Shown: positions 23,225-36,100 of the stretch, one piece after another
Position numbering within the stretch: the stretch's first letter is position 1
How the letters are laid out: each line of letters opens with the position of its first letter
NCBI GenBank assembly: GCA_002269645.1
Contig: NIVC01000361.1
Location: forward strand, 1-64,000
DNA length: 64,000 bases
Direction of reading: 5' to 3'
From: Macrostomum lignano
Taxonomy: Eukaryota
The notes under the pieces: generated by a model
Told to the model about the DNA's origin: nothing
The model's input: only the letters and a program-made list of their open reading frames with translations
Databases searched by the model: none
Made by a program: the position numbers and the translations under genes

Positions 23225-23494
23225 ATGACAACCTCGCAGAAGCACAGAAACTTTGTAGCCGAGCCGATGGGGGAAAAGCCGGTAACAGAACTGCCCGGCA
23301 TTGGCCCCGTGCTGGGCGAGCGGCTTGCCTCAAGGGGCTGCGACAGGGCCTACGTAATCCTTGGCCAGTTTCTCGTTGTCAAGAAGGACAGAGAAATGTT
23401 TACCGATTGGTTGAATGACCAATGCAATGCCAATACTAAGCAGGCTGGCGACTGCTACAACGGTCTGGTTGAATGGTGTAACGCCTTCTTGTAG
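23225..23494 (+). CDS. BANF1: Barrier-to-autointegration factor (BAF), 89 aa
   Basis: '[33 protein letters not shown]...[19 protein letters not shown]...C.AN.KQ..DCY..L.EWC.AFL'; splice acceptor TTATTGCAG at 23215; AATAAA near 23965. Confidence 0.97.
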   Translation: MTTSQKHRNFVAEPMGEKPVTELPGIGPVLGERLASRGCDRAYVILGQFLVVKKDREMFTDWLNDQCNANTKQAGDCYNGLVEWCNAFL

Positions 23495-26400
23495 ACAAGT
23501 AGTTTTTGTTAATGTATGCAGTAAGAAAAACTACTTATGCGCCCATGTATGAGTATATAGTACTCTCATATTTTGCTTACCTCTGTTTGAAGCAAATTCC
23601 AATTGTTTTAATTCAATGTGTTTCTTATTCAAGTTTTACTCATCCAGATTTATTCATTTATTTATTCGAGTGATTATCCAAGCATCCCATAGCCTAGCAA
23701 CTTTTATTCAGATGCTTATTTTATTTGCCTAATCTCTACTTCAGCATTGTACACACTTAGGTATAATTTTTTCGGCCTTAACTCTGAACTTGCCATTTCT
23801 GAATCTGAACAGTAGATCTGAATCTACTGTTTAGACTGGACTGTCTAGACTGTTTATTGACGACGCTTATCATGTATTGTTTTTTTCCAGTGACCATTCT
23901 CTTTGAAGGGTGATGCCAATACTTTATTATTTCCTACTATTAATTAACGTTGATATTTTGCGCAAATAAAGCAAATAAAAGTTTATTCCGAGATTAGTTT
24001 GTTAATAAGGGTGTAAAAAAAGAAAGAGATATGGACACTTAGCATACTTTCTTTAATTTGATTATTGTTTCGATCTCTCGTATTAGAATTTCGACAAGTG
24101 AGCTACCTTAAACTTCTCACTGCCATCATTAGTAGATTAGCCTTCTAGTGACATGCAGCTTTCACAAACAATTCTTTGTATTTTTCATGTGTGCATGCGT
24201 GCGAATAGCTTTAAAATGCAAGCCTGAATTCGCAATTATTGGTGCCTTCTGATTGGCTGTACCTAATGCTCTGCAGTTTGGCACGTTGCCAACTTTTGGT
24301 TGTAGTCAATGCATAAAACTACCGAATGTTCTGCATAAGGATCATAGATAAGTTCAGCATGCTGCCATTGGTCATTTGAACCGCTAATACAATTAATAAT
24401 CAGATATTAAAATACATAAAATTGTTAAATCTCCTATCATTGTAAACTTATACAGATGGGCAGCGGATAGTTTTGCCAATATTTAGCTAGCACAGAAACT
24501 ATAAATAATTATACACTAGAAGGTCTAGCAAATAAGCGAGATCTCGTATTTTCATCTAGTTACTTAAAATTAAGTTTGGTAATAGAACGTCTACAAACTA
24601 CAAAAGTGCTTACACGTACTAAAATATGTAGAACTTATTAGGCGCTAATCATTCAATAAAATATATTTACAGCTTGTTAGGCTAAAAAAATTGTTACTGA
24701 TAAGTATAAAAATGATTATAATAAATAGTCCCACATTACTTTATCATACTGCTGCTTTGTTATACTTGTAAATATAAATTCTACGACACATTTCATGTTC
24801 AAAATTATTCAAAGATTCTATTTACGCTGGCTTAGCCTTAGCTGGCTGCGAATTGCGCGCTTATGAACCTCTGCCCATCCAACTTTGTGAACAGTTTTGT
24901 CACATTGCTATCATATGGTAATCGTTTAAATAGAAGATAACTTTTTGCTTGTTTTTCCTGTTTCTTCAGTCAATTTTATCGTTTACTTGTATCGAAATTG
25001 TCGGAAGACTGCACTGTACTCAGAGCTAGAACAGTTTGGTTCATAAATATTTTCTTTTATTAAATTGAGCCTACTTTCTAAAAATTCCAGCCCAGACCCC
25101 AGAATCCCAGATAAGAATTGTGGTAGAGCCAGAGTTGTCATTAGATTTGACTATCTTTGCTAACAATAAAGCATTAGCGAAGGTAACAACACTTTACGAG
25201 TAGTAGGGCCTATCTTGTCTCTTAATATGAATAATGATAGTAGATTCTCATGTGACTTATGTCATAAATCATAATTGCAAAATACAAGGAGATTCTAGCT
25301 TTTTTACTATTTTCATTTTTAAATAGGCTATGCCCATCAATGTGTAATGAGATTGAGAGTCTTCAAGAATATCTTTGCAAAACTAGGCCTAGGCCTAGGT
25401 CAAATAGACACATGACAGTTTTATTGGTGCATGACATGACTAAGATGGCTACACACTAAGATGGCCACAGCTCTGAACGGCTGCATGGATAGGAGTAGCG
25501 AGTAGGCCCTAGGTCTATATATTTCCTCATTTCCCATTGGCTATGATTAGGGTGGGGTAGGCCTATATACCTAACTTCAAGTTTTGGAGAAGACAGATTT
25601 TGTAATGAAATTAGATTAGGCCTAGGCCTAGTAAAATAAAAAAATCCTTTGCTTTATTTCAGGTATTACTAGGCCTTGGCCTACTTATCAGTGTTGGGCA
25701 TAATTCTGATACTCTGATATTCCAATATTATTGGCAATACCTTTTGGGTATTGGAGTATCAGAAGCCGATACTTTTTGATAGTATTGGACTTTGGTAACT
25801 TCCAATACAATTTTCAAATTTAATTTATAGAAATTTTGTAGAAAGTAATGATAAATACTTCACTTTCAGGTCAATGAAACTGAAATAAATCAATACTTTC
25901 ATCCTTAAAAAATTAGTTTTTAAAACTTTTTTTAAAAAACTTTGTTAAATTGGCTGTGCCATATATACTTTATCAATTAGTTAGTAATTAATAATTATCA
26001 TAAAAATGATATTATTTAGTCAATTATCATGCTGCAAGTTCTATAACATTATCACTGCCAACCATTGATTGCCGATCAATTCTACAATTTCTTCAATTTA
26101 GTATATACACAAGTACTACACTAGTAACATAAGAAATTTAGTGAATGATACATATATGCAAACAATCAGCAATAAATAAAGAAATGCACTATTTTGGACA
26201 CATATATTAGGCAAGGCCAAGTTGAGTAAAGGGAAGAAAAGTGACACAATTTACTTAGGTTTTATATTTTAGAGAGTAAAGGGGCAAGGTATTGCCCAAT
26301 TAGAGGTGAGGCTGTAAAATCTGTACCTTAGCTTAGCGTATTTAGTCTAGTATAAATGCACCCAACCCAAAAAACAAGACTAAAGAGATTAAGTGTGTAG

Positions 26401-26670
26401 GTGCATCACTTGCAAACTGGCAGGCCACCACACTATACTAAAACAATAACAATACTAACAGCCTATGCATAAAGAAGAATGACTACAGAGGCTAGTAAGT
26501 AATTAATGATTGCCTACAGTGGCAACTGTTGGTTTTCCATTCATAGAAAATCTTATATACTTAAAATGAGTTGTCTGTATGTATATATAAGATAGATTTT
26601 AGAAAAATTGGCTAAACTGATTTTTTTAAACTTGCACCATTTGATTAGAATTTTCCTAGGATAGTATATA

Positions 26671-27618
26671 CGAGGGTCATCCCAAAAGTTTCAGCAAACG
26701 ACTATTAATTTTCAACAAACGAGTGTTAGAACAATGAACATGTCAAAAACCTTCAAAATAACTTCCGTTGACTTGAATTGTGCACTCCCAGCGGCCAGGC
26801 AACTTCTGAACACTGTCAGCAGCGCCGGATTCGCACAGGTCTTTTGCAATGTGGCCGACCTCGCTGAACAGGTCATCAGGGCAATGGAAATGATGCCCTC
26901 GGAGCTGGTTCTTAAGCTTCAGAAAAAGGTTGAAATCGCAGGGACTGAGGTCTGGGGAGTAAGGAGGATGAGGCAGCACCTCCCACTGGTAGTCCCGCAG
27001 TAGGTCCTGCACAATGCAAGCTGTGTGCGAACTGGCATTGTCGTGCAGAAGGAGTGGACCAAGTTCCAGGCCTGTGGCCGCTTTTTGCGCAAGGCAGGCC
27101 GAAGATGGTGAATAATGAAGCTCGACGAGGGGATTCCGGACAGCTCAGCCATTTCTTCGCATGTCTAACGACGATCGATGTTCAGCAGCCCTTGGATCAA
27201 CTCAATGTTGACTCTGTGCGAGCTTCTTTTGGCCTTCCTCATCCTCGACATCAGAGCGGCCATTCTTGAATTGACTGTACCAGTCATACACGGCTTGCTG
27301 GCTCATCGCATTTGGCCCATGGGCCTGCAGCAACTGACAGTGAATTTGAGCTGCAGGGACACCACGAAGACATTCTGTTTTAATGTATGAGCGCTGCTCC
27401 AAGTTGAACGGAAATTCCATTTTATCGTTGTCGGCCGATGTTTGATTTAGTATCCCACAAAATGTTCTTTAGAAAACAGAATTTTGAAGCTAGAATGCTA
27501 AAAACTTACTCAGACACCCGAAATATGCTCATCTTTCGTGTGGTATAAGTGCTATAGTCCTAAAAGTTGTCTATGGCACAAAATCATTTGATTTCTGAAA
27601 CTTTTGGGATGACCCTCG
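26671..27618 (-). mobile_element. mariner (Tc1/mariner) DNA transposon, internally deleted, 948 bp
   Basis: Perfect 24-bp TIRs CGAGGGTCATCCCAAAAGTTTCAG flanked by TA; N-terminal HTH (27202..27420); C-terminal 'HDNA..H...WEVLPHPPYSPDLSPCDFNLF' (26743..27040); WVPHEL linker and first catalytic Asp region missing. Confidence 0.95.
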
Positions 27619-28074
27619 TACATCCTAGCTAAGAAATTGCTCAATGTTAAAAGGATTAAATATTCAAAAAAACATGCTTTTTTGCAAAGGTCAAGCAACT
27701 TTTTTGACTTAAAATGCATTGTAAGAATATTAGGGACAAAACTGACTGGCTGAACTCTGATTGTTATAAAGATTGCATCACAACAAGTTGAAGACAGTGT
27801 CAAGGAAAAGTACACAACTTGATTAAAATTGCGTAACTATATTGCTAACTTAAATTATTGAGACTAATACTGTTTGACTGAGAAATTGATTATGTCATAA
27901 CTTTTTACTCTAATAGAATTGCTGTAAGTATTGAATTATAAGGGCCACAATTCATGTTCTCCAATTAAAAAAAGATAGCCTAGATGCGAATAGACTAGAC
28001 TGCTAATGTAGTGACCTAGGTTCAAATCATAATATTGCCAAAAAATTTTTATCAAAACACCTTAAAAACAGAAA

Positions 28075-28325
28075 ACTGCTAAACATAAAAGAAGTACAAT
28101 GTCAAACATAGAAGAGCCACCATGTCAAGCATAAAAGAGCCACTATGTAGAACATAAATAGCCACCATGTCAAACATTAAATAGTCACCATGTCAATCAT
28201 TAATGAGCTACCATGCCAAATATAAAATATCTATCATGTTAGACATAATAGAGCCACCCTGTCAAACATAATAGAGACATTTCAAATATAAAAAAAGCAT
28301 CATGCCAATCATCAAGGAGCCATTA
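28075..28325. repeat. Degenerate ~22-bp tandem CATGTCAAACATAAAGAGCCAC, about 10 copies
   Basis: Periodic motif visible. Confidence 0.75.
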
Positions 28326-28364
28326 TAAAGCTAAGGAAATTGTTATACTAGCTACTTATTGTCT

Positions 28365-28530
28365 GTTGGATGCTTGCTATTTAAGGATAGATACTTGCTA
28401 TCAGGTGGATGCTTGCTATCTGGGGATGCTTGCTGTCTGGGGGTGCTTGGTACATGCTTGCTATCTGGGGGATGCTTGCTATCTGGGAGATGCTTGCTAT
28501 CTGGGGGATGCTTACTATCTAGGGGTGCTT
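28365..28530. repeat. 21-bp tandem GGATGCTTGCTATCTGGG, about 7 copies
   Basis: Direct copies; explains the DSKHPP repeat ORF. Confidence 0.85.
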
Positions 28531-29908
28531 TCTGTCTTAGGATGTTTTCTTTTTGCATTGTAATTCATTTGAGCAGTTTGTCTGTTGTATTTGTGAAGGC
28601 AATTTTTTTGTCTTTTTTTACTTGTAGAGATAAAAGAATATAGAGTACACTATTGACAATTGGCTAGTTGTAAGCATTGATTGATATGACTATGAGCCCT
28701 AGCCCTATCTCTATCCAATAATGATATTGCATTGCTTTCCCTATTGCAAAGTTTATTCATTATAAATAGAAAGCTTACTTTATATAAATATTTGGATCCT
28801 TAGGAAATATTTTAAATATACTTATAGGCCTACTTTTAAATTCTAATGAAATAAGTTTGTTATCTTAAATTTGCTATATAACTATTTTTTAAATATATTT
28901 TCTTTTAATAATATTACATATTTTTATGGTAGGCAAAATGACAACATCATATTTTTGCAGACATAAAAGTGGTACACACTGGCAGCAAACAAAATTATTG
29001 TCGACTAGTATAAAAACATTTTCATTTTATTTTAATTCATAGACCATCCATGACCAAGATTCAGAGTGATCTTAAGTTGGCATATGTATTTGTGGCAATA
29101 TTCTATATATATCTTAAACTTTTTTGGTATCTTGTACAAAATATTTTTTTAAGTTTTCATAGGTAAAATATATTAGGTGATCATTTATTATTTAAATATG
29201 CTAGAAAAATTATTATATATTTTATCTCAAAAAAATTAAGACTTCCATTTTTATTCAACTTTGCTTTATATAGCTTTCTAATCTTGATTCTTGATACCTT
29301 GATATAAGTGGGGGGCACCCCCCCCCACCTATCAGAGACCTAAAAGAATGAAAGGGGTTACTAAGCGAATTTTTGCCAAAGTACAGAGCCACAATCTCCA
29401 CCTCACCTTTCAGTCTTTACCCTCTAAAATCTGCCTTTTCCCTCAATACATTTTTGGTTATCCACTTCAAAAAATGGTTTGTTACAACTTGGTATTAGCA
29501 GTTGAATATTTTTAATAGACAAGGCAAACGGCTGTAACAAATTTGGTAGCAATTGTGAGATTGTTCTAGTAAAAGACCCATTACACACAAATAAATGGAG
29601 TATCATAAATTAATATCCAACAACTGAAAGAAATGAATAGGCATTTTGCTAACCTATCCATATATCTAAAAACTTGAAAGTAGGCTCTAAATATGATTTT
29701 TTATCTTTTTACTTCAAATTTGTGGACAATTTTTAATCTAACAAGCCAGAAAGTCAGTTGACCCTGTGGAACAAAATCCTGTATTCAAGTCAGAGCCCTA
29801 ACTCAGGTCAAATATGTTTAAAGTTTGATAAAAAATGTACTTTTATATATTTTTAATTGCTGAGCTAGCATAGCAACTAAGGCTTTTATCTACATCTATC
29901 TATTTCAG

Positions 29909-30184
29909 CCCTTCGCCCGGGCCCCAGCAGCCGCACCCCTGGCTTCATCGGCCAACTGCAACCGTCTGCAGCAGCAGCCGCAGCATCCAGATGTAGATGC
30001 AACCGCCGCCGCCGCTGACTATTTCTCGCCAGGCGTTGGCCCGGCTGCCTCGGTCTGGGGCTCCGCATTCGACGCCTGGCTGCCCCCTCCGCCGTCTGTG
30101 TCTCCACCGCCGCCGCCGCCGCCGCCTCCGCCTCAGTTGCATCAGCCACAACCGCTTCGCGACAGCCTGTCCGCTGTAGTAATG
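29909..30184 (+). CDS. LNX: LNX 5' exon (open Pro-rich frame; the only in-frame ATG is its last codon, 30182-30184)
   Basis: Acceptor TCTATTTCAG| at 29908; donor ATG|GTGAGT at 30184; phase 0 matches the exon at 34030. Confidence 0.6.
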
Positions 30185-33100
30185 GTGAGTGAGTAGTATA
30201 GTGCGGTTTTTGACATTTAATTTCCGTTGATAAGGTTGAAAAGATCCAGAATTGACTTATGGAACTGTTTTTAATAAAAATATCTGGGCATGTTGTCAAG
30301 AAGAAAATCTAATCTGTTAAAGATTTGATGGAATAGAATAGATTGCTAATCTGTGCTATTGCCAGTCTATCTAATATTTCATGAAATATAAGAAATTGCT
30401 AATCTAACCATTTTTATGGGATAGAATGGAATGCTAATCTATCCATTTTGTGATAGGAATAGAATGGAATGCTAATCTATTCATTATGTCATGGAATAGA
30501 ATGGATTGCTAATCTATCCATTATTTCATGGAATAGAATGGATTGCTAATCTATCCATTATGTCATGGAATAGAATGGAATGCTAATCTATCCATTATGT
30601 CATGGAATAGAATGGATTGCTAATCTATCCATTATGTCATGGAATAGAATGGATTGCTAATCTATCCATTATGTCATGGAATAGAATGGATTGCTAATCT
30701 ATCCATTATGTCATGGAATAGAATGGATTGCTAATCTATCCATTATGTCATGGAATAGAATGGATTGCTAATCTATCCATTATGTCATGGAATAGAATGG
30801 ATTGCTAATCTATCCATTATGTCATGGAATAGAATAGATTGCTAATCCATCCATTATGTCATGGAATAGAATGGATTGCTAATCCATCCATTATGTCATG
30901 GAATAGAATGGATTGCTAATCTATCCATTATGTCATGGAATAGAATGGAATGCTAATCTATCCATTATGTCATGGAATAGAATGGATTGCTAATCTATCC
31001 ATTATGTCATGAAATAGAATGGATTGCTAATCTATCCGTTATGTCATGGAATAGAATGGAATGCTAATCTATCCATTATGTCATGGAATAGAATGAAATG
31101 CTAATCTATCCATTATGTCATGGAATAGAATGGAATGCTAATCTATCCATTATGTCATGGAATAGAATGGATTGCTAATCTATCCATTATGTCATGGAAT
31201 AGAATGGATTGCTAATCTATCCATTATGTCATGGAATAGAATGAAATGCTAATCTATCCATTATGTCATGGAATAGAATGGAATGCTAATCTATCCATTA
31301 TGTCATGGAATAGAATGGATTGCTAATCTATTCATTATGTCATGGAATAGAATGGATTGCTAATCTATCCATTATGTCATGGAATAGAATGGATTGCTAA
31401 TCTATCCATTATGTCATGGAATAGAATGGATTGCTAATCTATCCATTATGTCATGGAATAGAATGGATTGCTAATCTATCCATTATGTCATGGAATAGAA
31501 TGGAATGCTAATCTATCCATTATGTCATGGAATAGAATGGATTGCTAATCCATCCATTATGTCATGGAATAGAATGGATTGCTAATCTATCCATTATGTC
31601 ATGGAATAGAATGGATTGCTAATCTATCCATTATGTCATGGAATAGAATGAAATGCTAATCTATCCATTATGTCATGGAATAGAATGGATTGCTAATCTA
31701 TCCATTATGTCATGGAATAGAATGGATTGCTAATCTATCCATTATGTCATGGAATAGAATGGATTGCTAATCTATCCATTATGTCATGGAATAGAATGGA
31801 TTGCTAATCTATCCATTATGTCATGGAATAGAATGGAATGCTAATCTATCCATTATGTCATGGAATAGAATGGATTGCTAATCTATCCATTATGTCATGG
31901 AATAGAATGGATTGCTAATCTATCCGTTATGTCATGGAATAGAATGAAATGCTAATCTATCCATTATGTCATGGAATAGAATGAAATGCTAATCTATCCA
32001 TTATGTCATGGAATAGAATGGAATGCTAATCTATCCATTATGTCATGGAATAGAATGGATTGCTAATCTATCCGTTATGTCATGGAATAGAATGGAATGC
32101 TAATCTATCCATTATGTCATGGAATAGAATGGAATGCTAATCTATCCATTATGTCATGGAATAGAATGGACTGCTAATCTATCCATTATGTCATGGACTA
32201 GAATGGATTGCTAATCTATCCATTATGTCATGGAATAGAATGGAATGCTAATCTATCCATTATGTCATGGAACAGAATGGATTGCTAATCTATCCATTAT
32301 GTCATGGAATAGAATGGATTGCTAATCTATCCATTATGTCATGGAATAGAATGGATTGCTAATCTATCCATTATGTCATGGAATAGAATGGAATGCTAAT
32401 CTATCCATTATGTCATGGAATAGAATGGATTGCTAATCTATCCATTATGTCATGGAATAGAATGGATTGCTAATCCAAGTCTTGTTAGCTAATTTGAAAT
32501 AGTATTTTTAGCGTCATTTCTACTTTCTAATCACATACAATCAAAGTCTGTAATCTGTCTGTAGTTTGTTTTTTTGTATCAACTCATTACTTTACCTATC
32601 GTGCGTCCTGTTAGAATTTAGAGCACCTGTGTTCTGCCTTCCCAATTTTTTTACGTTTTTCCTTAGCCCAGTCAGGAACCCCTGGTGCCCGTTCTATTTT
32701 TAGGCATGACTCACCCCTTCCCAAAGTCCTAAACGAACATCCTTACCCCCCCCCCCAAGCCTGTTCACCCCGTCATTCACCCCTGTCTTCATAAGCGAAC
32801 GCATTTTACCGTTCAGTGTCTGACCGCACCGCACTATATAAAATTGTTTTTTGGCGTTGTAAGTGTTTATCTACATGAAGACCCAAAGTCCTTGCTAAAG
32901 AAGATTCCAAACCAAAGAATTTGGTAAGCCATCTCTTTCAATTTATATAGCTATTTTAATATGTCCCTTTTTATTGTCTTACTGTGTCTTTATTGGCTGC
33001 TCTAGATGTTTTTCTGAGGTATGTTTAGTGCTGGCAGCTGGCCATCACTCCTGTCTCCTTTGTTCTTCCTTGTTTCCCTGCTCCTTCAATTACGGGTTTT

Positions 33101-36100
33101 CCTCTATCGGGGTCTCCATTCCTATTTATTCTGTGCCCCTGTTCCCCTCCCTTCAGTGCCCCTGTTCCCCTCCCTTCAGTGCCCCTGTTCCCCTCCCCTC
33201 AGTGTCCCTGTTCCCCTCCCTTCAGTGTCCCTGTTCCCCTCCCTTCAGTGTCCCTGTTCCCCTCCCTTCAGTGTCCCTGTTCCCCTCCCTTCAGTGCCCC
33301 TGTTCCCCTCCCTTCAGTGCCCCTGTTCCCCTCCCTTCAGTGTCCCTGTTCCCCTCCCTTCAGTGCCCCTGTTCCCCTCCCTTCAGTGTCCCTGTTCCCC
33401 TCCCTTCAGTGTCCCTGTTCCCCTCCCTTCAGTGCCCCTGTTCCCCTCCCTTCAGTGCCCCTGTTCCCCTCCCTTCAGTGTCCCTGTTCCCCTCCCTTCA
33501 GTGCCCCTGTTCCCCTCCCTTCAGTGTCCCTGTTCCCCTCCCTTCAGTGTCCCTGTTCCCCTCCCTTCAGTGCCCCTGTTCCCCTCCCTTCAGTGTCCCT
33601 GTTCCCCTCCCTTCAGTGCCCCTGTTCCCCTCCCTTCAGTGTCCCTGTTCCCCTCCCTTCAGTGTCCCTGTTCCCCTCCCTTCAGTGCCCCTGTTCCCCT
33701 CCCTTCAGTGTCCCTGTTCCCCTCCCTTCAGTGCCCCTGTTCCCCTCCCTTCAGTGCCCCTGTTCCCCTCCCTTCAGTGTCCCTGTTCCCCTCCCTTCAG
33801 TGTCCCTGTTCCCCTCCCTTCAGTGTCCCTGTTCCCCTCCCTTCAGTGCCCCTGTTCCCCTCCCTTCAGTCAGTGTCCCTGTTCCCCTCCCTTCAGTGCC
33901 CCTGTTCCCCTCCCTTCAGTGCCCCTGTTCCCCTCCCTTCAGTGTCAGCGCTGTAGCAGCGTTGTATTGAAAATAGTCGCGCAGTTTAAGGGCAATATCC
34001 CTATTGATACCCCCCTCTTATTCCCTCAGGCTGCCACATCTGCTTCCGCAGTCGCCACGCCAGCTAGCGGCGCTGTTTCGGCTGGCGCCAGTCACCACCG
34101 CAGCTACCAGGACCTGTTCCCTTCGCCTACCGACTTCTCGCGTCGACCGTTCGCCTTCGACGAGGCCCCGCCGCCGCCGCCATCGATGTCGCCTCCGCCG
34201 CCGCCTTCGCCACCGCCGCCGCCACCTCCGCCTCCTCCGGAGCAGAAGCCGCAGCAGGTGGCAAGGCGCAGCATTAGCGTTGCTGGTTCTTTGAGCTCCT
34301 TGACTGGCGGGGCGGCCAAGAAGCTGGACCTGTGCTCCAGCTGCGGCCGGTTTCACGAGGCCGGCGGCGCCCACCTGTACGACTATGATCAGGATATTGA
34401 TCAGGATCTGATGTGCAAGGTTAGCTGACTGTTGACAGATCAGTCATGCACTTTTCTTTTAGAAATTCGGTCCAGTGAGTGAGGATTCGTTTCTAAACTT
34501 CAGGGAGTAAGAATTCAGGTCTAAACTTCAGGGATTGAGAATTCAGGTCTGAACTTCAAGGAGTGAGAATTCAGGTCTGAACTTCAAGGAGTGATAATTC
34601 AGGTCTGAACTTCAGGGAGTGAGAATTCAGGTCTAAACTTCAGGGATTGAGAATTCAGGTCTGAACTTCAAGGAGTGAGAATTCACGTCTAAACTTCAGG
34701 GAGTGAGAATTCAGGTCTGAACTTCAGGGAGTGAGAATTCAGGTCTGAACTTCAGGGAGTGAGAATTCAGGTCTGAACTTCAGGGAGTGAGAATTCAGGT
34801 CTGAGCTTCAGGGAGTGAGAATTCAGGTCTGAACTTCAGGGAGTGAGGCCTTAATTATAGTTTGAGCACTAACTTTCTTTCCTAAATTAAATAGGACAGT
34901 TTTCTGCATGTAACACTCGCGTCTGTCTACTAACAAGTAGCACTGAACTATTAAAATCTCTAAACAAATTTCAGCTGTGCCAGCAGCCGCTCGTTGATCC
35001 GTTGGATACGAAGTGCGGGCACACGTTTTGCACACCCTGTCTGAAGAGCCACCTAGCCAGACAGGCGCTCTGCCCAATAGACAAAAGCATTATTAATTTT
35101 CTGGAGTGCTCCCAGGCGTCTAGTCTGGTGAAAAAGTGAGTCCGCGCTTATTTATGTGCTCACTTGCTGACCCCTGAGCATGAGCAGTGTACACTCGATG
35201 GCCCGTGGGGTTGGCCCTCACGGACTCCAGTCGTACGACTCAGCTAACAGGCTAATTTTTTTTGCTCAGGCCCGATATTTATGTGGCCGCGCTACGAATC
35301 GAACCAGGGCTCCCACTTGCCACTATCTCACCGTGTCTACTCCCCTGTCTCCTCTCTTCATCCCCACTTTCTTACCGTGTCTACTTCTCCGTCTCCTCTC
35401 TTCATTCCCACTTTCTCACCGTGTCTACTTCTCCGTCTCCTCTCTTCATTCCCACTTTCTCACCGTGTCTACTTCTCCGTCTCCTCTCTTCATTCCCACT
35501 TTCTCACCGTGTCTACTCCCCTGTCTCCTCTCTTCATACCGTCTATCTCACCTTGTCTACTTCTCTGTCTCTCTTCATACCGTCTATCTCACCCTTGTCT
35601 ACTTCTCGGTCTCCTCTCTTCATACCGTCTATCTCACCCTTGTCTACTTCTCGGTCTCCTCTCTTCATACCGTCTATCTCACCCTTGTCTACTTCTCGGT
35701 CTCCTCTCTTCATACCGTCTATCTCACCTTGTCTACTTCTCGGTCTCCTCTCTTCATCCCCACTATCTCACCGTGTCTACTCCCCTGTCTCCTCTCTTCA
35801 TCCCCACTTTCTCACCGTGTTTACTTCTCCGTCTCCTCTCTTCATTCCCACTATCTCACCGTATCTACTTCTCCGTCTCCTCTCTTCATACCGTCTATCT
35901 CACCTTGTCTACTTCTCTGTCTCTCTTCATACCGTCTATCTCACCCTTGTCTACTTCTCCGTCTCCTCTCTTCATACCGTCTATCACCCTTGTCTACTTC
36001 TCCGTCTCTCTTCATACCGTCTATCTCACCCTTGTCTACTTCTCCGTCTCTCTTCATACCGTCTATCTCACCCTTGTCTACTTCTCTGTCTCTCTTCATA

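Noticed and set aside
20386-23494. BAF and DR1 as cargo captured by the neighbouring retroelements
   Set aside because: They lie outside the LTR-defined element, on the opposite strand, with intact frames and CpGs; ordinary host genes are the simpler reading
25689-26066. hAT-type MITE with CAGTGTTGGG/GCCAACATTG ends
   Set aside because: Only an 8/10 terminal match and no target-site duplication; too weak to list
30330-32476. 37-bp partly palindromic repeat as a CRISPR array (also the 31-, 33- and 35-bp arrays)
   Set aside because: Units are head-to-tail with no unique spacers, there are no cas genes, and the context is a eukaryotic intron
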